This document shows, in pieces, positions 37,567-50,882 of a stretch of DNA of 64,000 nt. Positions within the stretch are counted from its first letter, which is position 1, and every line of letters begins with the position of its first letter. Below the pieces are notes generated by a model. That model was not told where the DNA came from. It ran no database searches and saw only the letters and a program-made list of their open reading frames with translations. The stretch covers positions 30,566,001-30,630,000 of the forward strand of contig OX597817.1 of assembly GCA_951406725.2 (NCBI GenBank). Reading direction: 5' to 3'. The DNA comes from Octopus vulgaris (lineage: Eukaryota). The position numbers and the translations under genes were made by a program.

Positions 37567-38307
37567 TGCACACAGATATATACACACACATACATACATA
37601 TGCACACACACTCACACAAACCAATAGATTTCATACCCAAAAGGAAATGGATTAGATAGACTTTCCCTGATGAAGAACAAACCACTCAATACAGACTAAC
37701 TATTTGTTACATCAAGGTAAGAGTGAGACAGAAGCAGAAAAACAGAAGAATTTGCTGAAAGTAGGTATGGAGGTAGAAAAATCTCTTTGGTAGATGTACA
37801 TTCATAGAAGTTATTGGTGGAACATATTTAGATTATGTGGAGTAGACTGTGACTTGTAATATAGAAGACCATTGGGTGTTTCTACAAGACAACTAATCGT
37901 CAGCTACAGTTCAAATATTCCAATGAAGAAATGTATCAACCAAACAGAAGCTTATATGGGGGTAGAATTGTAAAGTTGAGAAAAGATTAGTGACATGTTT
38001 GAAAAATTTGGAAAAGACTGGGTACCAAGAAACAATGTGCAGTAGCTTACTAGGGAAGCTATAAACTGAATGGATCAGAAAAATAATGTTTTTACATTGC
38101 TAACAATTTGTCTGAGAAAACTTTGATGTTGTTCGGGAGAAGTGTTTTTAAAATAACCACTGTACATATATTCTCACCAAAGCAGAGAACAAAGTGGCTT
38201 ATAAAGAGTTTGCTACACCAGGTAGACACTGCAAAGGGTAGCTATTGAAATGAAACTGACAGCATTACAGTCAGTATTAGGATAAAGGATTAAAGGTATA
38301 GTGGAAA

Positions 38308-38538
38308 GCGGCAAGCTGGTAGAAACGTTAGCACGCTGGGCAAAATGCATAGCCATATTTCGTCTGCCATTATGTTCTGAGTTCAAATTCCACCGAGGTC
38401 GAGTTTGCCTTTCATCCTTTCGGGGTCGATAAATTAAGTACCAGTTACGCACTGGGGTCGATATAATCGACTTAATCCGTTTGTCTGTCCTTGTTTGTCC
38501 CCTCTGTGTTTAGCCCCTTGTGGGTAGTAAAGAAATAG
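38308..38538 (+). mobile_element. SINE B with TSD TATAGTGGAAAGC
   Basis: Family match plus flanking direct repeat. Confidence 0.88.
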
Positions 38539-38797
38539 TTATAGTGGAAAGCAGCTGGGCCATCAGGAATAGTCACTGAGATATTTAGATGAATCCTGCC
38601 AAGTGAGATTCATGCTAGCCACCCATATACTCAATCAGTGAAGAGTCTTATCCAAAGACTGTTATAGTTTCATCTTCAGTTGTTATCTACAAACCCAAGA
38701 TAATACACCATCAAGGGTAGAAACTGTATTTGGTTGGAATAATTTCAGTAGCACAGCATCCTCCCTGATATAATGTGATGATCAGGATTCATTAAAA

Positions 38798-39028
38798 GGC
38801 GGCGAGCTGGCAGAAACGTTAGCACGCCGGGCGACATGCTTAGCCGTATTTTGTCTGCCACTACATTCTGAGTTTAAATTCCGCCGAGGTCGACTTTGCC
38901 TTTCATCCCCTCGGGGTCGATTAAATATGTACCAGCTATGCACTGGGGTCGATATAATCGACTTAATCCATTTGTCTGTTCTTGTTTATCCTCTCTGTGT
39001 TTAGCCCCTTGTGGGTAGTAAAGAAATA
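38798..39028 (+). mobile_element. SINE B with TSD AGGATTCATTAAAAG
   Basis: Family match plus flanking direct repeat. Confidence 0.88.
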
Positions 39029-39760
39029 GGATTCATTAAAAGATATGGTTCCCAACTGCAAAATAGACTAAAGCCAATACCGATTCCTCAGTCTCTGTAA
39101 TTTTTGCTGTTTTCTGCACTGCACCAGAAATATAAGAAACCATCAAGAAAACACAAAACCAAAAATAGAGGCGAGATGTGTGAATAACTCTATTCTACTT
39201 TTTAAGATCAAATTTTCCCTGAAAGCAAGTGGTGAGGGATTCCTCAAGAGATTGCCTCGATTCAAATTACATTACCTAATCTTATCTACTTAAGATTGAA
39301 TGCATTCTGTGCATGTTGAGTTAGGCCTGTGTTTCTCCCATTATTCCTGATAGGTTTCATTAATCTTAGAACAAATTAATGCATAGATTAATCCATGATT
39401 TAATAATATTTTTATAGCTATAATATTTCATTATACGTATTTATTCTAAAATACATCATAGATATAAATCCAACAGATCTCTTTGTAAAATATGAAATAG
39501 ATGAGTATGATGTGTATGCTTTGGAAAAATTTAAAACCTACACCTAATTTTTATGATTTTCTTCTTTTACTTCTGGTTTACATGCTTAGTAATTAGACAT
39601 TATTACAAATACTTGCTCCTTGTTAGTCATTTTGAGCACAGGGTACATTAGTGTGGTCTATTAAAGTTTTTCTGCAAGTGACTAAGATGTGTCAAATTTT
39701 GCAGGTTTAGCAACATGTAAAGTATCATCTTACGTTGTCATTGGTCACACATTTATTTAA

Positions 39761-39981
39761 CCCTTTTGTCACTGTATTTATTTTGAGATGCTCTGTGTTT
39801 CTTTCAATTACTTTTAAATATAACAAAGAATTTAGAAAAATAGCTTAGTTATTATTCAGTTTGTGTTAGGAACATAAATTGTGACTAAGGTTTGGTAGAA
39901 GATTTCAAATCAGAACTTTTGAAAACAAAACATTTGTTCACAGAGCCAGAGCCGGTTTCAGCCGGGTTGGTAATGAAAGGG
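39761..39981. mobile_element. piggyBac-type MITE
   Basis: TTAA|CCCTTT....AAAGGG|TTAA, with imperfect 12-bp TIRs. Confidence 0.7.
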
Positions 39982-40299
39982 TTAAATTTAGTCAGGTTAC
40001 TGTAAAATCCCTCCATAAACTAGAAAGTTTGGCTCTTCCATTGAAGGTAATTGAAGAGCTAAATGTGAAAGCTTATTCACATTTTTATTTTCATTATAAT
40101 ATACTGGTGAAAATAATGAGTAATGAGTTAATTTAAGCTTAATTGAACAAATAAGTTGTTTATTCACAAAATTGCTTATTCTTCACCTGACAAGTAGATA
40201 AGATTTGTTTGCGTGTTTTTCCAATAATTATGCTTAGTTGGTCTTATGAATTCTCCCAAATATGAAGGACACAATACTCAACCAAAAGTGTGTAGGAAC

Positions 40300-40830
40300 A
40301 TCTGCAGTATGGCTTCACTGACTTCAGCATCAAAGATGAATTTGGGCATTATTTGAAAAGATCTTTGCAAATGAGAACAAGAAGTCAAGTAAACTACATG
40401 ACCATCTTCATAATGATTACTATGAACATGAGAATACATGATTAGAGGAATTTTGGAAACCAGAAAGAACTTTCAAATTTCAGCAATTGGATTCTATAGA
40501 ATCTGTGCTATGAATGCCAATTTAGTCTCCACACCTTACGAAACTGCATATTACATAGCAATGCTGAAGAAGCTTTATATTGGAAAGAAATTGGTCATAC
40601 CTGGGGCAGTGATTCTTGTGTGGAACAAAGAAACCACCAAGAAATTTTTTTATGCTATGAACATTACTCAGCACTAGACAGATGACACAGAGGAATATAT
40701 TGAGTTATAAGTTCTTACTGAAATCAAAGTATCACTGTACATGTTTGCCCGTCAGCTGGATGAGTCAACAAATGTTTCTGTTTGTGATCAGCTGATCTAC
40801 ATTGCTCACAATATGTTGTTGATCAGCTGA
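40300..40830 (+). pseudogene. Decayed hAT (Buster/Charlie-like) transposase fragment
   Basis: Translation YETAYYIAMLKK..IGKKLVIPGA...VLTEIKVS..FARQLDESTNVSVCDQL. Confidence 0.7.
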
Positions 40831-40998
40831 AACATAAGTAATTGTTTTCTCTTCCACTTGAAATTACAATCATGACATATATATTTTATAATATATTATT
40901 ATTAATATCAAGAAATCAATATTAGAAAATTCTTCAAAATTCTTCAGAAAGATATATACGTGTGTAAAATAATTGTTGTATTAAAAAAATAAATATTT

Positions 40999-41410
40999 AG
41001 GCGCAGGAGTGGCTGTGTGGTAAGTAGCTTGTTAACCAACCACATGGTTCCGGGTTCAGTCCCACTGCGTGGCATCTTGGGCAAGTGTCTTCTGCTATAG
41101 CCCTGGGCCAACCAATGCCTTGTGAGTGGATTTGGTAGATGGAAACTGAAAGAAGCCTGTCGTATATATGTATATATATATGTATGTGTGTTTGTTTGTG
41201 TGTCTGTGTTTGTCCCCCTAGCATTGCTTGACAACCGATGCTGGTGTGTTTATGTCCCCGTTACTTAGCGGTTCGGCAAAAGAGACCGATAGAATAAGTA
41301 CTGGGCTTACAAAAAAAAGAATAAGTCCTGAGGTCGAGTTGCTCGATTAAAGGCGGTGCTCCAGCATGGCCGCAGTCAAATGACTGAAACAAGTAAAAGA
41401 GTAAAAGAGT
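40999..41410 (+). mobile_element. SINE A
   Basis: Full-length match to the family. Confidence 0.92.
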
Positions 41411-43571
41411 ATATATAAAAATATATGTAAATATGTATCAGTATAAATATGTAATGTATATGACAGTTTAAAAGTTTTGAATTGAGTTTTTTAAAGCATC
41501 TTATGATCGTTTCACAGAAGTGCTGTCCCTATAATGGAAACCTATATTGATAGACAACACTTCTGCTCTTCAGAGATATAAAATTTGAATTTTGTATAAT
41601 ATATTGAATGATAGTTTTTAAAAAATTTGAAGTAATACTATAAAATGGTGTTTGTTTGAAATATAAATCATGACATAAAACACAACTGAGATGCTATCAA
41701 CAAACTTTGCAATAAATGGAAAAGCTAAGAGCAAAAAAAAAAAAAGAAAACTCAGGTCAATGACAGCTGGAAGATCTTTCCTTGTAGGTTGACTTGATTA
41801 GAGTCAGTAACATAGCAAGAGTTTTCAACAAGCAGTGACAAAGAAACTTTTGGTGTTCCCATCTTAATTAACAGGTATGATGAACATAGGAAATTTTATA
41901 ATTCCACCTTGATCTGTTCCCTGTGGCAACATGCTTTTTCCTTCCTTTTAGTATTTAATACTCACAAACTCCTACATACATCATTTGACAAATCTTAGTC
42001 ACTAATTTAGAGTAGCTTCTTTGGTATTGGATCTTACCACATCCTAGGTTGACATTTCATTCTATTACACCAACATTGACTATGCATGGACTTTTAAAAT
42101 ACTAATTTTCTCTTAAAAGTGACACAACATATAATAGTTTGTAGGGTTAAGGTAGTAGGTCCTTATAATTCCACTGCAGACTGTCCTTTCCAGTATACTA
42201 GGGCAAACCAGTCACAGGGTGTTCATACCTTTCCAATCTCTACATATGAATGTATTGAACTGCTCTGTAAAAGGAAAAATTCCTCTCTTATTAATGTGCA
42301 GGATAAGACAAATTCCTTGTGCCAGTAGATGAAACTATAACATGGACACCAGCATTATTTTATCACCCATAAAAGAATAGAATAGAAAATAGTATTATGA
42401 AGCTATATAAAGAAGCTTCTAAATGATCAATCAACCTGCTAGAAACAACAACCATATCTCCCTCATATCACATGAAAAGAATTGTAGTCCCAGATATACT
42501 ATATCAGAAAAACAAAGAGGCGATAGTCAAAATGGAATGTCTCTGACCATAGATCTGGTCAATCAAGGTTGAAATGGAGCCAAATAACAGCAATTTTCAA
42601 TTACATATCTCAAATTTTTAAACGTTACTCAGTGTACCTATTTACAGTAAGTGATACTGAGTTTGTTAGAGTTGAATGTGTTGGCTACGGACATACTGAT
42701 AGAATATGAACCATAGACATGAAGTCTAACTAACAGCACAATTTGAACAGTGTGACCTATTGTTGTCCTTTTGTACTATATTGTTATTTCAAATCTAGTA
42801 TGAATCATCACAGAAATGTTCTACTTGATATTACAATAACAGTTCAAGAACCTTTACATGGTTTCCCAACAAGCTAGGAATAGCAATCAAATCTCCCTTC
42901 AGGTTATGTTCTATCATCTTAAAGAATAGGAAGTGCATGTTGGAAATATCTTCTTAAATACACAAACAAGTTGGAATTGTAACAACTGGAGCAACTTAAA
43001 TTATATGTAAACTTGATCGAGGATGACCGGGGGCTAAACAGCGCCAACAACAAACGCATCTGTTATGACGATTATTGCAGTGAATTGGATCTCAAAATTT
43101 GGTGCTTGTATAACCACCTTTTAGATGTAGACTCTTAGAATGACTAGTTCCTTTAGTAAACATATTTACCTTGTCTCTTATTATTTACAATAAGTAGCAA
43201 CATTTATCTATATTTATGTTTTTATAATTTAAAAAAAAAATATTGATTTTTCACCAGATTTTATTATTTTTTTTTTTTTATTTATTTACGTTTTATTTTA
43301 TTTATTTTTTTGCTTTCAGTGACCATTTTGTCTCAACAAACATTTGATGAAATCTCGTTTTGCATCTAGTACAGCACAGATTAAATAAGTTAAAGGACTT
43401 TTACAAAATAAGATATAAAAAAAAACTATAATGATAAAGAGGGGGATGGAAGAAGGAGAGCTTAAAAGAGGAGGAGGAGGGGGAGGAGGAGAAGGAAGAA
43501 CGAGGGGAAGAGGAGGAGCGATTATGACACAAGTATAATGATTAAGTTGAAGTTGACAATATTCACAATGA

Positions 43572-43618
<47 letters not shown>

Positions 43619-43657
43619 TTTTAATAAATAAATAACACAGTAATTATAATAATAACA

Positions 43658-43696
<39 letters not shown>

Positions 43697-44134
43697 GCAA
43701 CATCAATGCTAAATACTAATGATAAATAACAACAACAATAATAATATATATATATATAACTGCTAATTGATTTATATTATCAATACATGTTTGTATTTTT
43801 CTTTATAAATTTATTTCTTTTTGTTTCAATAAATCTTATTGCTTTGTAACATGACAATATGATTTTATTTTTATTTACATTTTTGCAATTTATTATTGAT
43901 TATTTGTTATAGGCTGGTTGTTATCAATTTTCCCATTATAAAGAACACAAGTGCACCTATAAGCATATATAAACATACACATAATAGATTTATATAGCCG
44001 TATTGCTTTATTCTCCATGACTACAAGTGCAGATTTTTCCACACACCCCTCCCAGATATATATTAAATACACACACACATATACATATATAGAGATAGAT
44101 ATCTAATTATATACATACAAACATACATACATAC

Positions 44135-44213
<79 letters not shown>

Positions 44214-45067
44214 CGTATGTATGTATGTATGTATGTATAGGTAATAGATATATACAGATAGATAGATAGATATAGATGAAGATATATGCATATGTATAAA
44301 TATATGTCTATGAGTGTATATATATATATATCTATGTTTATGTATGTATGTGTTTGTATATCATTGTGTGTGTATGTATATAAGTGTTTGTATATATGTA
44401 CGTGTGTGTATGTATACATAATTTATGCATATATACAGAGATGTATAAATGTGTGTAAATATATATATATATACATATATATAGATAGATAGATATACAT
44501 ATAAATACATATTTTATATGTGTGTACGTGTGTGTGTATAGATACGAACCTATGCCTATATATTTACTTACAAATAGACATACCAACACCCTTGTGTATA
44601 TATTCACATGTTGTATGTACTTTCTGTGAGGTCAAATCAATTACATCAACTGTTTAAAGATTTCATTTCTGAATTCTCTGTCATAATGGAATACCATTCA
44701 TATTTGGAGGTCATCGATGTTCAGCAAGGTCAATGTCAAAAAGCAACTCACTTCCTTCTACAGTAAATTACAGCTAGATTTAAAGATGTTTTTCCTCCCA
44801 CATAAAAACTCTATCAAAATCTTAACCCTTCACACTAACATACTTTATGAAGCTTAAGGTAATTATAAGCATAAAAATAGGCACAGACATGCTTATGTAG
44901 TTAAGACATTTGCTTTGCGACCACATTGTTGTTGATTCAGCTCTGCTATTTGGTATTTTGTGTTTTCTACAATAGCTTTAAGCTTTACAATGCCTTTTGA
45001 GTGAAACTGGTAGATAGAAAGTGTGTGGCAGCTATATGTAAGTGTATGTGTGTGTGTGCATATATAT

Positions 45068-45232
45068 ACGCATTTTTTCTCTCCTTGTTTTTTTCTGTGT
45101 ATCTTTCTGTCGATGAGCATAGGCTTGAAACGTAAAACACTTTTTCTATTCCTGAGCGCTATACTAATACATTTGTTTTTTGTACTCCACCTGCCTTCGT
45201 CTTTTGTTTATTTTCGTAAACTTTCCTTTATA
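45068..45232 (+). mobile_element. Solo, truncated pLTR 3' end of the same PLE family, with hammerhead-like motif at 45102-45139
   Basis: Aligns to the reverse complement of ~21920-22105 (CTGTGTATCTTTCTGTCGATGAGCATAGGCTTGAAACGTA...CCACCTGCCTTCGTCTTTTG) and ends in (TA)n. Confidence 0.85.
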
Positions 45233-45273
45233 TATATACATACATACATATATATATATATATAGAGAGAGAG

Positions 45274-46120
45274 AAAGGTAGACTGTATGATGCATGTGTA
45301 TGAACAGCCATGCTACATGGCAGTGAAACATGGGCTGTGACTGCTGAGGACATGTGTAAGCTCGCAAGGAATGAAGCCAGTATGCTCCACTGAATGTGTC
45401 ATATCAGTGTGCACACTCGACAGAGTGTAAGTGCCTTGAGAGAAAAGTTGGACCTAAGAAGCATCAGATATGGTGTGCAAGAGAGACGACTGTGGTCATG
45501 TGGTGTGAATGGATGAGAATACCTGTGTGAAAAAGTGTCATACCCTAGCAGTTGTGGGAAATTGTGGAAGAGGTAGACCCAGGAAGACCTGGGATGAGGT
45601 GGTGAAGCACAACCTTCGAACATTAGGCCTCACCAAGGCAATGACTAGTGACTGAGACCTTTGGAAATATGCTGTGCTTGAGAAGACCCAGAAAGCCAAG
45701 TGAGACCATAATCCATGGCCTATGCCAGTGGTATAACCAGCCCACTTAGGCATACCTTTCTTTCCTTGGACACTAAACTCTACTTGCAAAGACCTGTTGA
45801 GGCAAGTGAAATTGAAATCAAATTCAATGACAGTACTGCATAACTGGCATCCGTTCTAGTGGAGCACTAAGAGCACCATTTGAGCATGGCTGTTGCTAGC
45901 ACTGCCTGACTGGCCCTCATGCCGGTGGCACGTCAAAGTACCCACTACACACTTGGAGTGGTTGGCATTAGGAAGGGCATCCAGCTCTAGAAACTCTGCC
46001 AGATCAGATCGGAGCCTGGTGCAGCCTTCTGGCTCACCAGTCCCCAGTCAAACCGTCCAACCCATGCCAGCATGGAAAGCGGACGTTAAACAATGATGAT
46101 GACGATGATGATGATGATGA
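45274..46120 (+). mobile_element. 5'-truncated RTE LINE (ORF2 end + 3'UTR + (GAT)n tail)
   Basis: Translation AMLHGSETWAVT...GRGRPRKTWDEVVKHNLRTLGL. The 3'UTR matches family C. Confidence 0.85.
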
Positions 46121-46321
46121 TATATATAGCAGGAATGTATATTCCAGGTATGCTAGGTGTTTACTGCACACCCATCGAAAATGGCAAATTCATATTTATT
46201 ATATTAACCTGATTCATTAATTTAATCATAAATTTTAATGAAAAACTCTTGTTATACTCCTGCATAAATTTGGCGGCATTAGGCATGGCAGCACACCCAA
46301 TACAACAACCACCATATGCCA

Positions 46322-46350
<29 letters not shown>

Positions 46351-46352
<2 letters not shown>

Positions 46353-46731
46353 CAAAGAAGCTTGAGAGGCGGTTGGATGGAACCTACACTCGCCTCCTTA
46401 TGAGAGCTCAAAATCTCTCGTGGAAGCGCCATCCAACCAAAATGCAAATATATGGGAAACTACCACCTGTGTCATCTCTTGTGAAAGGTAGGAGAGTCAA
46501 GTTTGCTGGACATTGTTGTAGAGCTGAAAACGAGGTAATTTCTACTCTTCTCCTCTGGAATAAAAATCTACTCGCAATGCCAGAGGGCGCACACTCTCCT
46601 ACCCTGATGTAATCTCCAGGGATACAGGCATCCAGCAACAGGACCTCCATAATGCCATGATGGACCGTGAAGTCTGGCGTAGCATGGTAAATTCCATTGT
46701 CTCGACCACGGTCGAACAATGATGATGATGA
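46351..46731 (+). mobile_element. Second RTE-like LINE 3' end inserted in (TA)n
   Basis: Translation LDGTYTRLLMRAQNLSWKRHPTK..IYGKLPPVS..VKGRRVKFAGHC..AMMDREVWR, with an (ATG)n tail. Confidence 0.8.
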
Positions 46732-46756
46732 TATATATATATATATATGCATATGT

Positions 46757-46860
46757 TGTCGAGTCTGAGGCCATGTGGAAAGATGAATGAAGGCATAACG
46801 TCACCATCACTAGTGATTACTTCAAACACCATGATGTTGACTGGATGTTTGATCTCTATC
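46757..46860 (-). pseudogene. Tc1/mariner-superfamily transposase fragment
   Basis: Translation KHPVNIMVFEVITSDGDVMPSFIFPHGLRL. Confidence 0.55.
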
Positions 46861-48127
46861 AAACATAAAATATGTGCTGATTCTGCTATCATATGATTAC
46901 AGCAACTTCATAATCTTATTGTTAGAAGTGTTATGAAATGAGGATTTCAGGAAGAGGTAAGGGGAGAATGTTTGATGGGGACCAATTAAGCAAAGGAGGA
47001 TGGCCCTACCTATGTATAGGCATAAAAATACAGCTTTAAAGACCCCTCTCTCTCTCACACACACACAGACACACATTAGTTATAGACTTCAAGACTGAGT
47101 CTTCAACATCGTATTGGCGTATTAGTCTGTAATCTTAGGTTATGTGTGAATATATTCTCAGTTATTCGGTTGGAGTTTGGATAATGGATGATGACACTGC
47201 CATTTTAGCTGGCATTCAATCAGTGTATTTATATGTGTCTGTGCAGGAATGGTTGTATAAGTCAGTCTAAATGTCTGTCTTTATATTTGTCATTGCTTGA
47301 AGACAAAACAGTGTCTGTGTTTGTGTCATGTAAATTAGCAGTGCAATAAATATTGATCGCTAAAATAAACACCAGACTTTAAAAGTTAATATGAATGATT
47401 AGTACCTTTCAAGGGCTGTGCTCCAGCATGGCCGCAGTCAAATGACAAGAACAAGTAGGATAAAAATATACAGTTTCACACACAGCCTGTGAAAACACAC
47501 ACACACAGACACCATATACATACATACATACATACATACATACCAATACAAACACACAATTATTTCTTCTTTTCTGGTTCCAGACAGTAGGCTTTTTAGT
47601 TGCTGGGCATATGTATAGTTGTGTGTGTGTGTGGGAGAGGGTGTAGATATATATATGTATGAATATATAAATAATTACATATGTGTGTGTGTTTATAGAG
47701 ACACACATTCACACATATATATACATATATATTTATATATATATATATATGTCTTTATAAACACACACACACACACACACTATATATGTGTATATATATA
47801 AGGAAAATAAGACAAGGTAGAAAATGCTAAAAATACTTTTATCATGAAGAACATTTTAGTTCTGGTTTCAGTTTTGAAAATTTTTCTACTTAGAGTAAAG
47901 CATGAAAAACAATTGAATTGTGGAAAAATAAAATGAAATGTCTTTTTTTAATATTTCCGTAGTTTTCAAATTCAAGGAACATTTTCCTTTTTTCTGTCTG
48001 TCTGTCTCTCTCTCTCTCTATTTTACTCTTGTGAAGGCTTGGTAGTAGGTAGTAACAGTCCTAAAGGAATATTTGACATGAGTTCTTGGTTTTGATTGTT
48101 TAACAAGCAGTAGCCGAGGAAGGAGGC

Positions 48128-48136
48128 GAAGAAGAA

Positions 48137-48183
<47 letters not shown>

Positions 48184-48341
48184 AGAAGAAGAAGAAGAGA
48201 GAAGAAGAAGAAGAAGAAGAAGAAGAAGAAGAAGAAGGAGGAGAAGGAGAAGAAGAAGAAGAAGAAGAAGAAGAAGAAGGAGGAGGAGAAGAAGAAGAAG
48301 AAGAAGAAGAAGAAGAAGAAGAAGAAGAAGAAGAAGAAGAA
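48128..48341 (+). repeat. (GAA)n microsatellite, imperfect
   Basis: Seen directly. Confidence 0.97.
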
Positions 48342-48683
48342 TACGGGAGTGGTGTGGTAATAGTAGGATGTTGGTGGAATCCTCTTAAATGGTCAAGTGA
48401 ACTAAAAGTGACCTGTTGTGGTTGTAATAGTAGTGATTGGAATTGTTCTGAATAAATTCATGGGTAGTGACTGTTCTGAATATATCGTTCTTAATATTTG
48501 CGTGTGTTTGACAACCGATTGTGGTGTATTTACGTCCCTGTAACTTAATGGTTTGGCAAAAGAGACCGATAGAATAAGTACTAGGCTTACAAAGAATAAG
48601 TCCTGGGGTCGATTTGCTCGACTAAAGGTGGTGCTCCAGCATGGCCACGGTCAAATGACTGAAACAAGTAAAAGAGAGTAAAG

Positions 48684-48736
<53 letters not shown>

Positions 48737-48760
48737 TGTATGTATGTATGTATGTATGTA

Positions 48761-49133
48761 TGTAGCAGAAACGATAGAGACGGAAAATGGAATATAAGAG
48801 GAAACTTTGTTGAACACAACGATCGTTTCGACACATCTTGCATCGCTCCCTCGCCGTTGGGAAATTATACAATTAATTTAAGGGCGCCACATGCTGCAGA
48901 AGCATTTCAACAGGTGATGTAATAATGTACATAAAAAATGTTCGTTCACTCAGATTCACTGGAGCATGTTATTAGTAGTCATAGCTTAAATGCATTGAGA
49001 AGAAGTGACTAGAAATAGCTGCTAAGCTATAGATACAAACAGGAAGAAATTAAGAAAAAAAAAAGAATGAGGGAAATAAAGCATACAATAAAGTAAACAC
49101 TGTCTCATATTTGTAGATATGAATATGGCAACA
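48761..49133 (+). repeat. LTR-like repeat (TG...AATAAA...CA), left arm of an inverted pair
   Basis: Reverse-complement homology with 50083-50531. Confidence 0.8.
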
Positions 49134-49389
49134 CATCTTTTGATACCTATCCAACCATCCTAGTGCAAAGTGTATATATGTACGAGTGTCTATATGTGTG
49201 TGTGTGTGCGTGCATATATATGTCTGTATGTAGGTACACATAGGTGTATACACATCTATATGTATAGATATGTATATGTAAAGATATATTTATGTATGTA
49301 TGTGAGCTGGCGTATATGTGTGTATAAATGTGCATGTGTGTATGTGTGTGTGTATAGGCGTATGTTGGGATATGTAGTTATCCTATACA

Positions 49390-49830
49390 ACGGCGCGCGC
49401 TCGCGCACCGTCCATTTGTATTTCGTGCGTGTTGGTGCCTTTACCAAGGCAGAGAGAGGAAGGGCCCTCTCGCGCATGCGCGAAGCACCGGAAGAAGAAC
49501 CCTTTTGCCTACGTAGCAGTTAGCCGAGGCAAGGGGGTCGTAAGACGTTGACCACCAGCGTCCAGCAGCAGCGGCGACTTGGGACGGCAGCGATTGAAGG
49601 CGACGGTCACGAAATATTTTCTCTCCGTTCGAACTGATTCTAGCAGCACCATACCAAAAGGCCTTTAACCAAATTGTTGCAGACCAACATCGTCTCCATT
49701 GTTCGACGCCATCTTGAACCCGTTCTGTTTTTAGCGGCTGAACATTGTAAATATTACAATCGATTAACTTTCAGCCTTGCGCGCCCAGAACCAAGGACAT
49801 CAGATAACCACTTATTGTTACTGTTACCAA
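49390..49830 (+). promoter_or_regulatory. CpG-rich housekeeping-type promoter and candidate non-coding first exon
   Basis: Most CpG-dense non-TE island in the window. TCTCGCGCATGCGCGA (NRF1-like palindrome) at ~49468, CCGGAAG (ETS) at ~49488, CGCCATCTTG (YY1) at ~49707. No ATG on + from ~49500 to 49830, then splice donor CAA|GTAAGA at 49830/49831. Confidence 0.6.
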
Positions 49831-50082
49831 GTAAGAGAATAAAGTAGTATATATATCTTTTACGTCTGCGTCTTGTTGTTTCTCACTGGTAGAGAATCTG
49901 GATTATTAAAGCAACGGCTAGTGATTGCTTTCTTGTACCCCGAAAGTACAAGAGAAGATATTTTCACACGAAGTTCGTTACAGATATAACTATGTGCCAA
50001 ATAGACATTAAGGGTTATGACCAAATGGTCCTTCAAGCATTCTATCTGACCCACCAGCATGATGCTAGGAAGGCTGGATTTA

Positions 50083-50531
50083 TTGTCATATGCTTATCTA
50101 CGAATATGAGACAGCGGCTCTGTGTGTGTGTGTATAAACGATTTACAGTATGATGGGTACTGACCCACTTAATGGTTTACTTACTTTTATTTTATTGTAT
50201 ACTTTATTTTCCTTGTAATTTGTATTTTCTTGTTTTTCTTAATTTACTTCCTGTTTGTGTCTATAGCTGTTCCTAGTCACTTCTTCTCAGTGTATTTAAG
50301 CTATGGCCACTAACAACATGCTCTAGTGAATCTGAAGGAATGAAATATTGCTTATGTAACGAGGTACATTATTACATCCCATGATGAGATGCCTCTGCAC
50401 CGTGGGATCCCCGAAATTAATTGTATACTTTCCCACCGCTGAGGGAGTGATGCAGGATGTGTCAAAACGATCGTTGTGATCAACAAAGTTTTTCACATAT
50501 TCCATTTTCCCCCTCTATCGTTTCTGTTATA
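50083..50531 (-). repeat. LTR-like repeat, right arm of the inverted pair (with ~55 bp insertion)
   Basis: Reverse complement reads TATAACAGAAACGATAGAG..AAAATGGAATAT..AAACTTTGTTGA.CACAACGATCGTTT, matching 48761 onward. Confidence 0.8.
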
Positions 50532-50829
50532 CTCAACGTACACTAAGGTATTCCTGATGTCGATCCAGCGACAATCGTGTCAGCATGCTTCTAGGGACAT
50601 ACCCAACATGTAAATTTTAAATTTTAAAATTTAAATTTCAAAATCGCTTCACAACCGATGGTGGTGTGGTTATGTCCCTGTGACTTAGCAGTTCGGCAAA
50701 AAAGACTGATAGAATAAGTACTAGGCTTATAAAGAACAAGTCCTGAGGTTGATTTGCTCGACTAAAGGCAGTGCTCTAGCATGGCCACAGTCAAATGACT
50801 GAAACAAGTAAAAGAGTAAAAGAGAAAGA

Positions 50830-50882
<53 letters not shown>

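Noticed and set aside
40999-41075. tRNA genes at SINE heads
   Set aside because: A/B boxes are present, but there is no complete cloverleaf and each continues into a SINE body.
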